Positions 1 through 11,208 are shown, counted from the first letter of the stretch. The stretch is 64,000 nt of DNA from Nitrospirota bacterium (GCA_963845065.1 CAWJQQ010000001.1:800001-864000); one strand, 5' to 3'. Notes: a model not told the origin generated them from the sequence alone. A program made the numbers and translations.

Positions 1-358
1 TAAGAGGTATAATGCTGTCAAAATGATCAACTATGACCGCAATATGAAGGAATTCGGCCCCCAGGATATCATTTACAGCGCTGGTTTCTTTGATTATCTG
101 AACGACGAAACCCTTATCCGACTTCTCAATGCGGTATACCGAATGCTTAAGCCGGGCGGCACACTTATTGCGCCTTTCAAGGATGCTAATAAGTACAGCA
201 CCCAAGAATATCATTGGTTTGTGGACTGGACTGGGTTCCTGCAACGCAAACCAGAAGACGTCCTGTCACTCCTGGAAAAAGCCGGCATTCCAAAATCTAT
301 GTGTGAGATGTCACGCGACAAATCAGGGGTAATCCTTTTTATAGTTGCAAGAGCATAG
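1..358 (+). CDS. Class I SAM-dependent methyltransferase, C-terminal part (PhcB/extracellular-factor biosynthesis-like); 5' end lies outside the window
   Basis: Frame open from base 2; motifs DIIYSAGFFDYL, LKPGG, FVDW..LQR. Confidence 0.75.
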   Translation, partial: KRYNAVKMINYDRNMKEFGPQDIIYSAGFFDYLNDETLIRLLNAVYRMLKPGGTLIAPFKDANKYSTQEYHWFVDWTGFLQRKPEDVLSLLEKAGIPKSMCEMSRDKSGVILFIVARA

Positions 359-376
359 TATTTCTTCGTATAATAG

Positions 377-411
377 AACCCGACCATTCATTATTGGTCG
401 GGTTTTTTTTT
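377..411 (+). terminator. Intrinsic terminator
   Basis: AACCCGACCA-ttcattat-TGGTCGGGTT stem running into a T tract, just after the stop at 358. Confidence 0.85.
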
Positions 412-424
412 AACATGAAGTCCA

Positions 425-2578
425 TTGAATATGAAAGACCTGAAAAGCTTATTTATTGAAGAACAAATTTCAAAATTGACCCAATTATGGTTGGGGAGAG
501 GTTTTCTTATTGGTATGGCCCTTTTCCCACTTCTGGGTATCATGGATTATGTTGTTGCCCCGGTGTTCTTCCACAAATTCATGGTATACCGAGGACTAAT
601 TACTTTACTTCTTTTTACTCTGTATCTCTTAAACAAAATTAAACTACACGCATTTGCTCAGTATTCATTAGTTCTAATAGCGACAGCGATGAGTGGTATA
701 ACTATTGAATTGATGATCCTGAAGCTTGGTGGTCATAGTTCGTCCTATTATGCAGGGCTTAACTTGGTCCTTATAACTGCGCTTGGTTTTATCCCCATGG
801 GGATGGTAGTTTCTTTTTTGTGTGTTGCTGTTATCTATGCCATTTATCTTGTCCCAATTTTAGCTTTCGACACCATATCCAATTTTCCGCTATTCTTAAG
901 CCATAATGCATTTATGCTGGCTACCTTTACCCTTGCACTAAGTTGGAGGGCTTTGGGCCAAAAGGTCCTCATAAAGCAACTTGATCTTCAATATGATCTT
1001 ATACAGGAGCGGATTTCACTCGCAAATAATTCGGAGCAACTCAAACAACTTGTACAAGAGCGAACAGCTTTGTATTTGGAATCCGAGTCTAGCTACCGCG
1101 CTATATTTGATAATTCCATGGATGGTATCCTGGTCCTTGATGAAAATGGGATTATAGTAAAATCGAACGAAAAAGCACACAAAATACACGATGTTGTGCC
1201 CAATTCTTTACGGGGATCAAATGTTCAACTTTTACAACTTGAGAAAAATCGAGAAAAGCTCCTCGGCGTGATAAAGCGTGTACTCGATGGGGAAAACGTT
1301 TTTTATGAAACCGAGCACTACCGCAAGGATGGGTCTCTGGTCTCACTCGAAGTTTGTGCAAACCAGGTAACCCTGGGAGATACAAATTATGTTCAAATGA
1401 TTCTCCGTGATATAACGGAGAAGAGGAAGATACAAGAACACCTTCTGCAGTCACAAAAAATGGAGTCGGTGGCTACGCTGGCAGGAGGCATTTCTCATGA
1501 CTTAAACAACGTCCTCACAGCCATTCTTGGACACGCTGAAATCCTCAGTCGCAAAATCAAGGGACCTTTTGAGAACGATGATACTGTTATAAAGTCATTA
1601 AATGTTATTGAAAGGGCAGTACGAAATGGATCGCGAATGATTTCACAACTTATGGATTTTGCTCGTCGGAAAAAATCGGAAATTCTTCCCATCAATATTA
1701 ACGATATTATTGCAGACACGATCAAGCTTGTTGAACGTGTTCTGAATAAAAATATTTTTGTTAGACTTGAACTCGATACGACAATCCCCCGGGTTGATGG
1801 AGATGTCACTCAACTTTCCCAAGTCGTCATGAATCTTGTTGTAAATGCCAAAGATGCTATGACAGGTGGTGGTGTTATCACGATTAATACGTTTAGATGT
1901 TCTCGTCAGAATGTCTATCGTTATGCCCCCCCATTCGTTCCTGCAGCAGACTATGTCATATTTAAAATATCAGATACGGGAGCAGGCATACCCGAAGAGG
2001 TGAAAGCCAATATTTTCGAGCCCTTCTTTACAACCAAAGAGCGCGGCAAAGGAACCGGTCTTGGACTTGCAATGGTATACAGTGTTGTTACAAACCATAA
2101 GGGGTACATATCCGTTAGCAGTGAGCCGGGTAGAGGAACGACCTTCACTCTTTATTTCCCTGTGTCATCCGCCGATTCGATGCGTCAGCATTCTTTCGTT
2201 GATCGCAATTTCCAAAAAAATAAAACAGTCCTTGTAATAGATGATGATGAAATGAACTTGAATGTTATAAAAGAGATTCTTGAACGGGAACAGTATAACG
2301 TACTGGCTACAACAAACCCACTTTTGGCGCTAGACATTTTCAAAAGCGGTAAAGACACAATTGCTCTCGTCATAACTGATATTATCATGCCCAACCTTGA
2401 CGGACGTGAACTGACTCAACAAATCATAAAGATTAAACCGGAACAAAGGATTCTGACCATAACGGGAACTGACGAACCTCCCAATTTTGGTGATACAAGT
2501 CACGAGTATACCACATTACGAAAACCATTTGATTCTGCTACGTTGATGAATAATGTTAAACGTGTGATGCTTGCATGA
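425..2578 (+). CDS. Membrane-bound hybrid sensor histidine kinase (multi-TM, PAS, HisKA, HATPase, REC)
   Basis: ~6 hydrophobic helices; PAS ending ILRDITE; H-box GISHDLNN; N/G boxes NLVVNAKDA, DTGAGI, GTGLGL; receiver VLVIDDD...ITDIIMP...RKPF. Confidence 0.95.
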   Translation: MNMKDLKSLFIEEQISKLTQLWLGRGFLIGMALFPLLGIMDYVVAPVFFHKFMVYRGLITLLLFTLYLLNKIKLHAFAQYSLVLIATAMSGITIELMILKLGGHSSSYYAGLNLVLITALGFIPMGMVVSFLCVAVIYAIYLVPILAFDTISNFPLFLSHNAFMLATFTLALSWRALGQKVLIKQLDLQYDLIQERISLANNSEQLKQLVQERTALYLESESSYRAIFDNSMDGILVLDENGIIVKSNEKAHKIHDVVPNSLRGSNVQLLQLEKNREKLLGVIKRVLDGENVFYETEHYRKDGSLVSLEVCANQVTLGDTNYVQMILRDITEKRKIQEHLLQSQKMESVATLAGGISHDLNNVLTAILGHAEILSRKIKGPFENDDTVIKSLNVIERAVRNGSRMISQLMDFARRKKSEILPININDIIADTIKLVERVLNKNIFVRLELDTTIPRVDGDVTQLSQVVMNLVVNAKDAMTGGGVITINTFRCSRQNVYRYAPPFVPAADYVIFKISDTGAGIPEEVKANIFEPFFTTKERGKGTGLGLAMVYSVVTNHKGYISVSSEPGRGTTFTLYFPVSSADSMRQHSFVDRNFQKNKTVLVIDDDEMNLNVIKEILEREQYNVLATTNPLLALDIFKSGKDTIALVITDIIMPNLDGRELTQQIIKIKPEQRILTITGTDEPPNFGDTSHEYTTLRKPFDSATLMNNVKRVMLA

Positions 2579-2733
2579 GGGAACGTCACTGCTGATTCTG
2601 GTGAATCCATTCACCTATTCCGACGGGAATTTTCTACCCTATCCGATAAAGCTTCCAGTCATCTTGGAGAATCCTTCCCCGGAGACACTTCAGATGATCA
2701 AATAATACTGTTTATATCTTTTATGATGATTTA

Positions 2734-2867
2734 TTAACTTGCAATTCCCTGTAGCTTGCTACAGGGTCACCGCATCGAGGGAAGAGTTTGAGAAACCGCA
2801 GGTTTCTCAATTGATAATCGTCTTCCTATTTATAAATACCACGCAGCTTGCTGCGTGGAGGTTCATT
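2734..2867 (+). mobile_element. Miniature IS200/IS605-like element, family B copy 1 (134 bp)
   Basis: Near-identical to 13543-13676; hairpins CCCTGTAGC-tt-GCTACAGGG, TTGAGAAACC-gca-GGTTTCTCAA, CCACGCAGC-tt-GCTGCGTGG; ends GTTCATT. Confidence 0.75.
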
Positions 2868-2907
2868 TGCCCTATACAATACCATGGTGAGTCTTTAACC
2901 CGGCCCT

Positions 2908-4101
2908 GTGATCATTGACGACTTTAGGAATATGACAAATCACACAACCTTCCCTCGTCTGTTCAGCACATGGTATTTCATTTGGCTCGCTATTTTATTC
3001 GCGGAATCATTTACGACAGTCGCGAATGCCATCCAGAGTATTCTCTGGTATGGGAAAATATCTTCGAGCCTTATGATTATAGGTGCAATCGACGCCTTGG
3101 TTGTTTCCCTTATCGTTGCGCCCATTATATTCTATTTTATCCAGCATGCGACAGAACTTAAAAAAATCAATGAGAAACTTCAGCAGGAAATTATCGAACG
3201 TAAACGGGCTGAAGCAGCCCTGCAAAAGAGCGAAAATAAATATCGCACTATATTCGAAAATGTTCAGGATATTTTCTTTCAGGCAGATGCAAACGGCATC
3301 ATTACTGACATTAGCCCCTCTGTGACAAAATATACTGGGTATTCACGAGAAGAGCTGATTGGCAAGCCCAGTGCGAGTTTATATCACAATCTGGGTGACA
3401 GAGAGAAGTTGGTGGAACTAATGAAGGAAACGGGAGAGGTCGTTGATTATGAAGTCGTGCTCATAGCCAAAGATGATCGTCAGGTGCATGTATCACTTCA
3501 TGCGCATCTTCTATATAATGAAGAAGGAGGTCCTGCGGGTGTTGATGGCGTAATGCGGGACATCACTGAGCGAAAACAAGCGGCAGTTCAACTGAAACAG
3601 CTTAACGAAATGCTATCCTGCCAGGTAGCAACCGACCCGCTCACGGGAATATCCAATCGATCAAAATTTAATGATATGTTAAACACCGAGATTCACCGAG
3701 CGACACGGTTCAATACATCGCTTTCGCTAATCATGTTCGACATTGATGACTTTAAGAAAATCAATGACAACTATGGCCATCATGTAGGCGACAATGTCCT
3801 GCGTGAAGTCACCGCGCTCGTGGCGCAATACGTCAGAATCCACGATCTTTTCGCACGATGGGGCGGAGATGAATTTATGATCATGGTGGCAAACACCGCT
3901 ATTAACAACGCACGGCAGCTTGCTGAAAAATTGCGATATAATATTGATAATCATGCTTTCCAAGGTGGCCAGCATGTGACGTGCAGTTTTGGCGTGGCTC
4001 AACTAGGCATAAGTGAAAATGACGACCTATTAACGAAGAAAGTGGATAATGCCCTCTATCGCGCAAAGGAACTGGGACGGAATAGAGTCGAGGTATCATG
4101 A
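2908..4101 (+). CDS. Membrane-anchored PAS-domain diguanylate cyclase
   Basis: 2 TM helices, PAS ending MRDITERK, DIDDFKKIND, intact GGDEF, RxxD I-site (RIHD). Confidence 0.95.
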   Translation: MIIDDFRNMTNHTTFPRLFSTWYFIWLAILFAESFTTVANAIQSILWYGKISSSLMIIGAIDALVVSLIVAPIIFYFIQHATELKKINEKLQQEIIERKRAEAALQKSENKYRTIFENVQDIFFQADANGIITDISPSVTKYTGYSREELIGKPSASLYHNLGDREKLVELMKETGEVVDYEVVLIAKDDRQVHVSLHAHLLYNEEGGPAGVDGVMRDITERKQAAVQLKQLNEMLSCQVATDPLTGISNRSKFNDMLNTEIHRATRFNTSLSLIMFDIDDFKKINDNYGHHVGDNVLREVTALVAQYVRIHDLFARWGGDEFMIMVANTAINNARQLAEKLRYNIDNHAFQGGQHVTCSFGVAQLGISENDDLLTKKVDNALYRAKELGRNRVEVS

Positions 4102-4711
4102 ATGCTCAATGTAGAACATTCATCGTGTTTAGCCTAAATAAAGACAGACGAACGATTTGCAGAGGAAATGACAAGCGAATGAGTTAAACATCTTTCGAAT
4201 TTAATGTTGCACTATCGGTTACACTTGTCAAGGTCTCTGCCAAGAAAAGAAAATTTTCGCAAAATAGCCTGTGGGCGTATACGGATCTCCGCAAGTTGGT
4301 AGTGCTCAATTTTCTGTGGTAAACTCAGCATGCACCATGATTGATAATTCTGTTGATTCCTTCAAAAAGGTTCGGCACTGAGTAGGATATGATCGCAAAA
4401 TACGGCTTGTAAAATACATTTCATTTTAGTTCCCATTATTTGAAACACATCAATTCGAAAACTGTATACTGCAGCATTATACCCACTAAATACCTCGTTG
4501 ACATATCCTGTCGGAAGCATTGGCTTGATTCTGAGTTAGGCATATTTTCAAGAAAACGGGTCAGCTGGGTATTACTTCACCTAACCTAACTATGCACGCA
4601 TTGTGCGTGCTTAGTTGGCCTACTCAATAATTGGACCACCTTTTATCAAATAAAATCTGAGATGGATCACGAATGACCAATAATTTAATTAAATATATTA
4701 TGAAACCATGA

Positions 4712-4832
4712 TAGAATCCCCCCACTCTTGACACGGGGATGAATGTCATCCTTACCCAAGGGGTTATAAGGGGGAATGGAAGCTCCTCTTATCCGCTAAG
4801 ACCCATGATGCCCTGGGGCGGGGTAATTCATT
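4712..4832 (+). repeat. Degenerate single-copy IS200/IS605-like miniature element
   Basis: Ends ...GGGGTAATTCATT like families A/B; central hairpin ATAAGGGGG...CTCCTCTTAT. Confidence 0.35.
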
Positions 4833-5007
4833 ATCGTTTAATCTGCCATAACTTCAATAAACGAACAATCTGAATTGGTAGCGTTTACGCACTTCGCAAC
4901 TAACAAGATGTCATCAGATAATAGTTCACTTACGCAGTATGGAAAAATACAAAATGGGACTTCAGGAATGAGATTAGGAGAGAAAAGACTATCAAGTCAA
5001 GAGATTA

Positions 5008-5712
5008 ATGTTATTCATAGGTGGTCTTGACTTTATGCCAGCCTTATTCTACACTCTGCCAAAGAATATTGTGAAATGCTTTCGAGGTTACAATCTCCTC
5101 TGGCATCTCCTAGCGATTATTCTTACATACTTCATCGTAACTTCAGGCTTTGACTGGCTCTATTTTAAATCTTCCAGAAGCGTTCTCTTACAATCGCTTC
5201 TTTTCCCGCCTGTCATACTTGGTAGTCTTCTACCAATTATAGTGCCATTTGCTCTCTATGCATTTGGTAAAGCTAGAAAAAATATTATAACCATCAGTAC
5301 AGCCAATGCTTTAGGTCAAGCAGCTATCATTGGTTTGCTCATTTCTTCCTTTTATAAAGCATTTACGGGAAGAGTTCATCCACTACGATTACTCACACAG
5401 GATGCTATTGATATCAGCCGAGAATTTCGGTTTGGATTTCTGCGCGATGGGGTATTTTGGGGCTGGCCATCTTCACATACCACTATTGCCTTTGCTATGG
5501 CTGTAACGTTATTGATGTTATATCCAAAAAATAAAGTTATAAAATACTTGGCAATTTTTTACGCGCTCTATATCGGATTCGGAGTATCCATAAGCATTCA
5601 TTGGTTTTCCGACTTTGTGGCCGGCGCTATTCTCGGAACAGTAATTGGGGTTGTGGTGGGAAATAGTTTTCGTGAAGGAAGACAGGAATATAATGTTCGT
5701 CCTAAAATCTGA
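5008..5712 (+). CDS. PAP2-family membrane phosphatase (start may be 5035)
   Basis: K..TGRVHP, WPSSH and HWFSDFVAG motifs; multiple TM helices. Confidence 0.9.
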   Translation: MLFIGGLDFMPALFYTLPKNIVKCFRGYNLLWHLLAIILTYFIVTSGFDWLYFKSSRSVLLQSLLFPPVILGSLLPIIVPFALYAFGKARKNIITISTANALGQAAIIGLLISSFYKAFTGRVHPLRLLTQDAIDISREFRFGFLRDGVFWGWPSSHTTIAFAMAVTLLMLYPKNKVIKYLAIFYALYIGFGVSISIHWFSDFVAGAILGTVIGVVVGNSFREGRQEYNVRPKI

Positions 5713-5921
5713 ATGTTTTTGAACATGCTTTATTCATCCCGTAACTGTTCACATCTATCCATGCAAGTCCCATTAGATATCTCACGATACCGTTGACATC
5801 TCGTCGATTCAGCATATTCTTAACACAAATATAAATTCTTTGTCTTTGGCTTTGATAGCGAGCAATTCGTAATCGTTGGTTAGGCCGACTTAATTATCGT
5901 TAATGAACTATGCACGATCGT

Positions 5922-6064
5922 TTTATAAAACCTGTCCTTGAATACACAGCAGTTCTACTGCTGGGAAGAAAAGGACAATCCTGACGAAGTCAGGATAAGA
6001 ATCTGATTGGTTTTAGGTTCTATCGGTTTTGATGCCCCGCAGCTCTGCTGCGGGGTAATTCACT
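5922..6064 (+). mobile_element. Miniature IS200/IS605-like element, family A copy 1 (143 bp including TTTAT)
   Basis: Three near-identical copies in the window; terminal hairpin CCCCGCAGC-tct-GCTGCGGGG followed by TAATTCAC. Confidence 0.8.
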
Positions 6065-6166
6065 TCTGGGTCCACCACTGTTCCACATTGAGATCAAACT
6101 AATGATCGAAAAACGAAACTACTGCACCTTCGCTGCCCTGTCTTGCACCATTATAGCACTCGCTGG

Positions 6167-6330
6167 CTAGGTAATATTAATGGAGTCTTTGTGTACATCG
6201 AGTTCGACATTTGTAATAGAATGTTTCATGATCTGCCTCCTTGGTTGTGGCTCTGTATTTGAGAACTGGGTTCCCAAGTGTAACCCATGTTGCAATAGGC
6301 AGGTCATTTTTTTAACTGTCAGCCATTATG
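6167..6330 (-). pseudogene. IS110-family transposase 5' remnant with upstream non-coding end
   Basis: SD AAGGAGG, then MKHSITNVELDVHKDSINIT*, resembling the IS110 N-terminal GLDVHK motif. Confidence 0.5.
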
Positions 6331-6551
6331 TCTCATCAATTTGGAAAAACCTATATTCAACCCACTTCTGCCCATATATATTACCAACCAGACATACCAA
6401 CCAGACGATATTGACACAGACATAATTTAGGCATATATTCCTCAATAAGCAGGGTGATTGATATCGCATGATAATTGCCAAACTAAATAATAGCGGATTT
6501 GCGCTGTTATTTAGTGTCTGCTCAATAAATGGGTCTAAAAAAAAGAAGATA

Positions 6552-6878
6552 ATGAAAAAGTGTCCCTTTTGTGCTGAAGATATTCAAAACGACGCGATAA
6601 AGTGTAAACACTGCGGAGAGGTTCTGAATGCCTCCACCCACCCACGTCTTGCAGAAGAAAAACTTCCATGGTATTACCGGAAATCCTTTATTATTATTGC
6701 AGTCTGCTCTGTGGGGCCACTGGCGTTGCCTCTAATTTGGTGGCGTCCCCAAACGACCCGGGTATGGAAGATTGGACTCACCATAGGAATCGTTGTTCTT
6801 AGCTGGATATTGTTTAAATCCACCATGGAGTCCATTCGCACAATCAAGGAGTATTATAAGCTAATGGATGGACTATGA
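6552..6878 (+). CDS. Zinc-ribbon membrane protein
   Basis: MKKCPFCAE...CKHCGE followed by two TM helices. Confidence 0.8.
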   Translation: MKKCPFCAEDIQNDAIKCKHCGEVLNASTHPRLAEEKLPWYYRKSFIIIAVCSVGPLALPLIWWRPQTTRVWKIGLTIGIVVLSWILFKSTMESIRTIKEYYKLMDGL

Positions 6879-6977
6879 AATTGTCTACAGGTAGAACAAG
6901 TCTGAGATCGCCGATCAGGTTTGCGTCACGGCTTTACGCAAGTGTGCATGGTCTTGTAATTTATTTTAAGCAAGGAG

Positions 6978-7289
6978 ATGGTTATGATCAATGTAATTGC
7001 CTCGATTCGTGTGAAGACAGGAAAGCTTTCCGATTACCTTGCGATTCTTAAAGCCAATATGCCGACGGTTAAAAAAGAGAAGGGGTGTATCGAATATATT
7101 CCGACGGTCGATATTGATGTTCTGCCTCCGCAGGTTCTCGATAAAAATGTTGTTACCATTCTTGAAAAGTGGGAGAATCTGGAAGCGCTCCATGCTCATC
7201 TCAGATCGCCTCATATGCTAAATTACAGAGAACACGTAAAGACCATAGTCGAGAGTGTGTCTCTCAAAGTACTACAAGAAGTAAATTAA
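6978..7289 (+). CDS. Antibiotic biosynthesis monooxygenase (ABM/YgiN-like)
   Basis: EKGCIEY...ILEKWENLEALHAHLRSPHM pattern; SD AAGGAG. Confidence 0.9.
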   Translation: MVMINVIASIRVKTGKLSDYLAILKANMPTVKKEKGCIEYIPTVDIDVLPPQVLDKNVVTILEKWENLEALHAHLRSPHMLNYREHVKTIVESVSLKVLQEVN

Positions 7290-7859
7290 ATCATTGACCA
7301 CGGCGAATACAGAACATTTGCAGTTATCATCTAGTTAGTCTGCATATCATATTATCGGTCGCCGTTGTAACCTAGTAGTTTTCTCGATAGAAACCGCGTT
7401 CTATCAGAATCGAACAATACTGGTTGAATCATTAAGTGCATCAAACTATCTGTAATCCGCGATAATTTTATCTTTTTGAAATTGCAAAATACCTGACGTT
7501 AATATCATTTCAGTCCTCAACAACACTTAGGCTTCAGACCTATCTGCTAACATCTCCCCATAAATAAAAATTTGATCTTAAATCTTGACAAATTTGTACA
7601 CAGCTGACATCATATAAAATACATTTTATATGAATAATGTAAATTGCAGGAATTATATTGATCAATTATCTGTTAACCCATCTTCCGCAGGTTGATCATT
7701 TTTTAAACTATTTTGCGTTGATTTGAGCAACCAACTTATTGATTTTCTTACCGGTGATTTTTGAAAACTACGTGTAGTGCCGACCACTCTCTTGTCTCTC
7801 TCGTTCGTTTCAACGATAATGCGTTCAGAGGAGAACAAGGTAGATGTACTTGCGCCGCC

Positions 7860-8114
7860 GTCGTAATAAAAATGGAACTGAATACGAGTCGTGGGCACTT
7901 AAGTCCATTTTCTAAACGACGACTTCTCATTTGTACTGCTCAAAGCCGGGATAAGTAATCTGGTCTCGCGCGATCTGCCCCACCACGAACGGTGCTTCAG
8001 TTTGACTTTAAACCACTCCCCAAACTCCCGGTAATCCGTCAATGTACTCCAAACGCGAGAAATAGGTGCTTGAAGTTCAATACGTTTCTCAATACGATAA
8101 TTCATATATGCCAC
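7860..8114 (-). pseudogene. SRPBCC (AHSA1-like) protein pseudogene
   Basis: RIEKRIELQAPISRVWSTLTDYREFGEWF, then a frameshift to PFVVGQ...ITYPGFE and a premature stop. Confidence 0.65.
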
Positions 8115-8985
8115 CTCCTAGATGCATATTATTTAGACTTCATCAAGTATGCAACCAATTTGTAGCGCTTAATATAATTTGAAGCAGCACTGTCACTAAT
8201 ATTCTTTGGACTTGTCGTAATATTGGCATTAAATGATGGTTGGTACTTTTTGGAGTAACGTAATCTTTGATGAAATCACAAATATCAGTCGAAATTTGCA
8301 GTACCCTCTCCTTCGTGCATCGTGCACATGCTCTTAACTAAACAGATGTGCACAGAAACATCTTGAAGTTGTTAAAGTTTCTATTCTTCTTAATTCATAG
8401 ATTTACAAACTATAAGGATCGAAACGACTTGAAACTGAATTGGCTAACATCACTCTAGAACGCCCAATCAAACATACCCAATCGGGTGACATTTTTCTTG
8501 GATCAGGAATATATTCGCGCAATAAAAGCCGCTAGGCATTATGTCGACCTTGTTAGATTTACTCAATAATCGTTTGAGATACTGAAAATGATGATAGGTG
8601 ACACCAAATCCTCTTTGCCATCAAAATTCTCTTGACTTAAAGTTGCACCTTGATTTACACTCGAAGGTAACAGCAACTGTTAACTCATCAGTTGGCAGTC
8701 ATCTCAGAGAATTGAACCCATCACACATTGCCGGACACCGAAGTGCTTTAATGAAAGAAAGCTAAAGGAATGAACTTGCTCTATGCTGTACTGCCACAAG
8801 CCCTTCGACCGCGTGCAGGATGATCATCTGTTCTGGTATGTAGGTCATTTGCAGCTGGTCGAGTTTCCAAAGGGCTCTCCCATCCTTTTGCCCAGCGCGC
8901 CGTGCGATGTAGACATGAGTTCTCAGAACTAGTATTCTGGGAACACTGAGGGATATGAATACCCGGAACAGACCATGGAGCATGC

Positions 8986-10203
8986 ATGAGCACTGAACAA
9001 ATAAAGGATAAGTTCCCAGACGCGGGTGATTTTTTCCAGACGATCTTCGAAAGCAGCCCCTACCCTATGTGGGTCTATGACTTGGACACCATGATGTTCC
9101 TAGCTGTCAACAATGCAGCCGTGGAGCATTACGGTTATACACGCGAAGAATTCCTTTCCATGAACATCAAGGAGATCAGGCCTCCCGAGGAAGTGCCCCG
9201 CCTTTTTAATATGATCTCGCGGCTCGGCATGGGGGTACAGCACATAGGCTCCTGGAAGCACCGCAGGAAGGACGGTTCTCTCATGGATGTGGAGATCTCG
9301 TCCCATGGTATTCTCTTCGAAGGACGGAAGGCGCGCTTTGTGATTATCCAGGATGTTACCGAGCGCAAGCGTGCCGAGTGGATGTTGCGTACCAGCGAGG
9401 AGCGGCATAAGTTAATCCTTGGGACGGCAATGGACGGGTTCTGGCTTATAGACACGCAAGGACATCTTTTGGAAGTCAATGAGGCATATTGCCGAATGAG
9501 CGGTTATAGCGAACGAGAACTGTTGACCACGAGCATTTCCGAGTTGGAGGCCGCCGAGCTTCCAGTTGAAACGGCATCACATATTCAAAAGGTCATCTCC
9601 GAAGGCGAAGATCGTTTTGAGAGCGTGCATCGCCGTAAGGATGGAAGCACTTTTAACGTTGAGGTCAGCGTCCAGTTCAAACCCATCGACGGAGGGTGGA
9701 TTGCCGGGTTCATACGCGATATAACCGCACGTAAAAGGGCAGTTGAGAATCTCAGAGAATCAGAAGAGAAATTGCGTGTGCGTTCGCAGGAGCTTGAGGA
9801 GATGAACAGCGCACTGAAGGTTTTACTTAAACAACGGGAACAGGATAAGAAAGAAATTGAGGAGAATGTGCATACAAATGTGAAAAAACTTGTGCTGCCC
9901 TATATCGAAAAGCTGAAGAAGCGCAAGTTAGGAGAAGATGCCTTATACCTTAATATCATCGAGGCCAATCTTCACGGGGTGCTATCCTCTTTAGCAACGA
10001 CGACATCAAGGAAATTACACAGGTTGACACCACAGGAATTACTCGTGGCCAATCTTATTAACGATGGCAGACAGGATAAGGATATTTCTGAAATGCTAAA
10101 CGTATCGATTCATACAATTAAGGCTCACCGAAGAAACATCAGAAAAAAGCTCGGCCTGATCAAGGGAAAAGCCAACCTAAGAACATTCCTTTCTAACTTA
10201 TAA
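8986..10203 (+). CDS. PAS-PAS LuxR-type transcriptional regulator
   Basis: Two PAS/PAC domains (RKDGS...DVTER, RKDGS...DITAR); C-terminal LTPQE...HRRNIRKKLG HTH. Confidence 0.92.
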   Translation: MSTEQIKDKFPDAGDFFQTIFESSPYPMWVYDLDTMMFLAVNNAAVEHYGYTREEFLSMNIKEIRPPEEVPRLFNMISRLGMGVQHIGSWKHRRKDGSLMDVEISSHGILFEGRKARFVIIQDVTERKRAEWMLRTSEERHKLILGTAMDGFWLIDTQGHLLEVNEAYCRMSGYSERELLTTSISELEAAELPVETASHIQKVISEGEDRFESVHRRKDGSTFNVEVSVQFKPIDGGWIAGFIRDITARKRAVENLRESEEKLRVRSQELEEMNSALKVLLKQREQDKKEIEENVHTNVKKLVLPYIEKLKKRKLGEDALYLNIIEANLHGVLSSLATTTSRKLHRLTPQELLVANLINDGRQDKDISEMLNVSIHTIKAHRRNIRKKLGLIKGKANLRTFLSNL

Positions 10204-10449
10204 TATTATCCCATGTAGCTATTACATAGTTAATAATATATCCTAGAATCCTCTACCTTTTTGATTATAATAATAGTAGTAATTATGGTAACAGAGAAGA
10301 AACATTAACACACCTTTGATAGACCAGCCTCTACTACATCTAATAAAGACTCATATTTACAAATTAGTACATGGAATACTGTGCACACTATCGTGAGGAT
10401 ATTTGTAACAGTGGCAGGCTGCAATTTAGAAGTTGTAGAAGGATCGGTC

Positions 10450-11142
10450 ATGAGAAAGCCAAGGGTTGTTATATTCAATTATAGCGGGCACGTTCAACAT
10501 GAGCTGTCAATTTTTTTCTATAATAGGGGTTACGAGACCTTTAGTGTTACGGAATCTATATCTTGTCCAATTTACGACAAAAAGGAGAACAAAACATGCG
10601 TCGGCCCCGTTCTCTGCTGTGATATCATGGTCGCAGTACAGGAAATAGAGCAAAGGAAGAGTTTTGACCTCTTCAGTAGGCAGTTTCAGATCGGATGTAA
10701 ACTGACATCTCGTAATAAAGCGATCATCACTCGCTCCCTCGTCCATGACGGGCTTGATCACATTGCAGACCGGGGAATAAAAATATTCGGGAATACTCTC
10801 GATATAGGCGGATTTGAAGCTTGGGTCAAAGACTGTGAAAGTCGTATGGTTCTGACGCAAAGACTCGCCATTGTGCGTCGCGCAATCAGGCATGACTCTA
10901 GCAAGCATGTCCAGTTTCGATTGACTGGTGAAGATCTTGACTTCGATGCGCAAGCAATGAACGTAAGCAGTTGCGGAATCTGCCTAAAGATATCTAATCT
11001 GCTCAAACAAGGGCAGGTGCTTCATTTTGCGGATAAGAATTTTGTGGATCAGAATTGGACAGACGTTGAAGAGGGTATAGTACAATGGACGAAGAAGCTT
11101 GAAGACGGATGGTATCTCACTGGGGTGACATTCTGTGTGTAA
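10450..11142 (+). CDS. Degenerate receiver-like domain + PilZ domain protein
   Basis: PilZ motifs RRAIR and NVSSCG; N-terminal REC-like fold lacking the acidic pair, Cys-rich. Confidence 0.7.
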   Translation: MRKPRVVIFNYSGHVQHELSIFFYNRGYETFSVTESISCPIYDKKENKTCVGPVLCCDIMVAVQEIEQRKSFDLFSRQFQIGCKLTSRNKAIITRSLVHDGLDHIADRGIKIFGNTLDIGGFEAWVKDCESRMVLTQRLAIVRRAIRHDSSKHVQFRLTGEDLDFDAQAMNVSSCGICLKISNLLKQGQVLHFADKNFVDQNWTDVEEGIVQWTKKLEDGWYLTGVTFCV

Positions 11143-11208
11143 AATGTGCGTTGTTTTTCAATGTGCTCACGAATTCATCAAGTTGCATCACGGGAGGAGG
11201 AAATAGTT

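Noticed and set aside
4580..4622. CCTAAC...GTTGGC hairpin as attC (also ~6890-6950)
   Set aside because: Too short or lacking L boxes and unpaired bases, and no cassette context.
6230..6330. IS110 bridge RNA in the non-coding end
   Set aside because: Only a short decayed remnant; no two-loop structure could be supported by eye.
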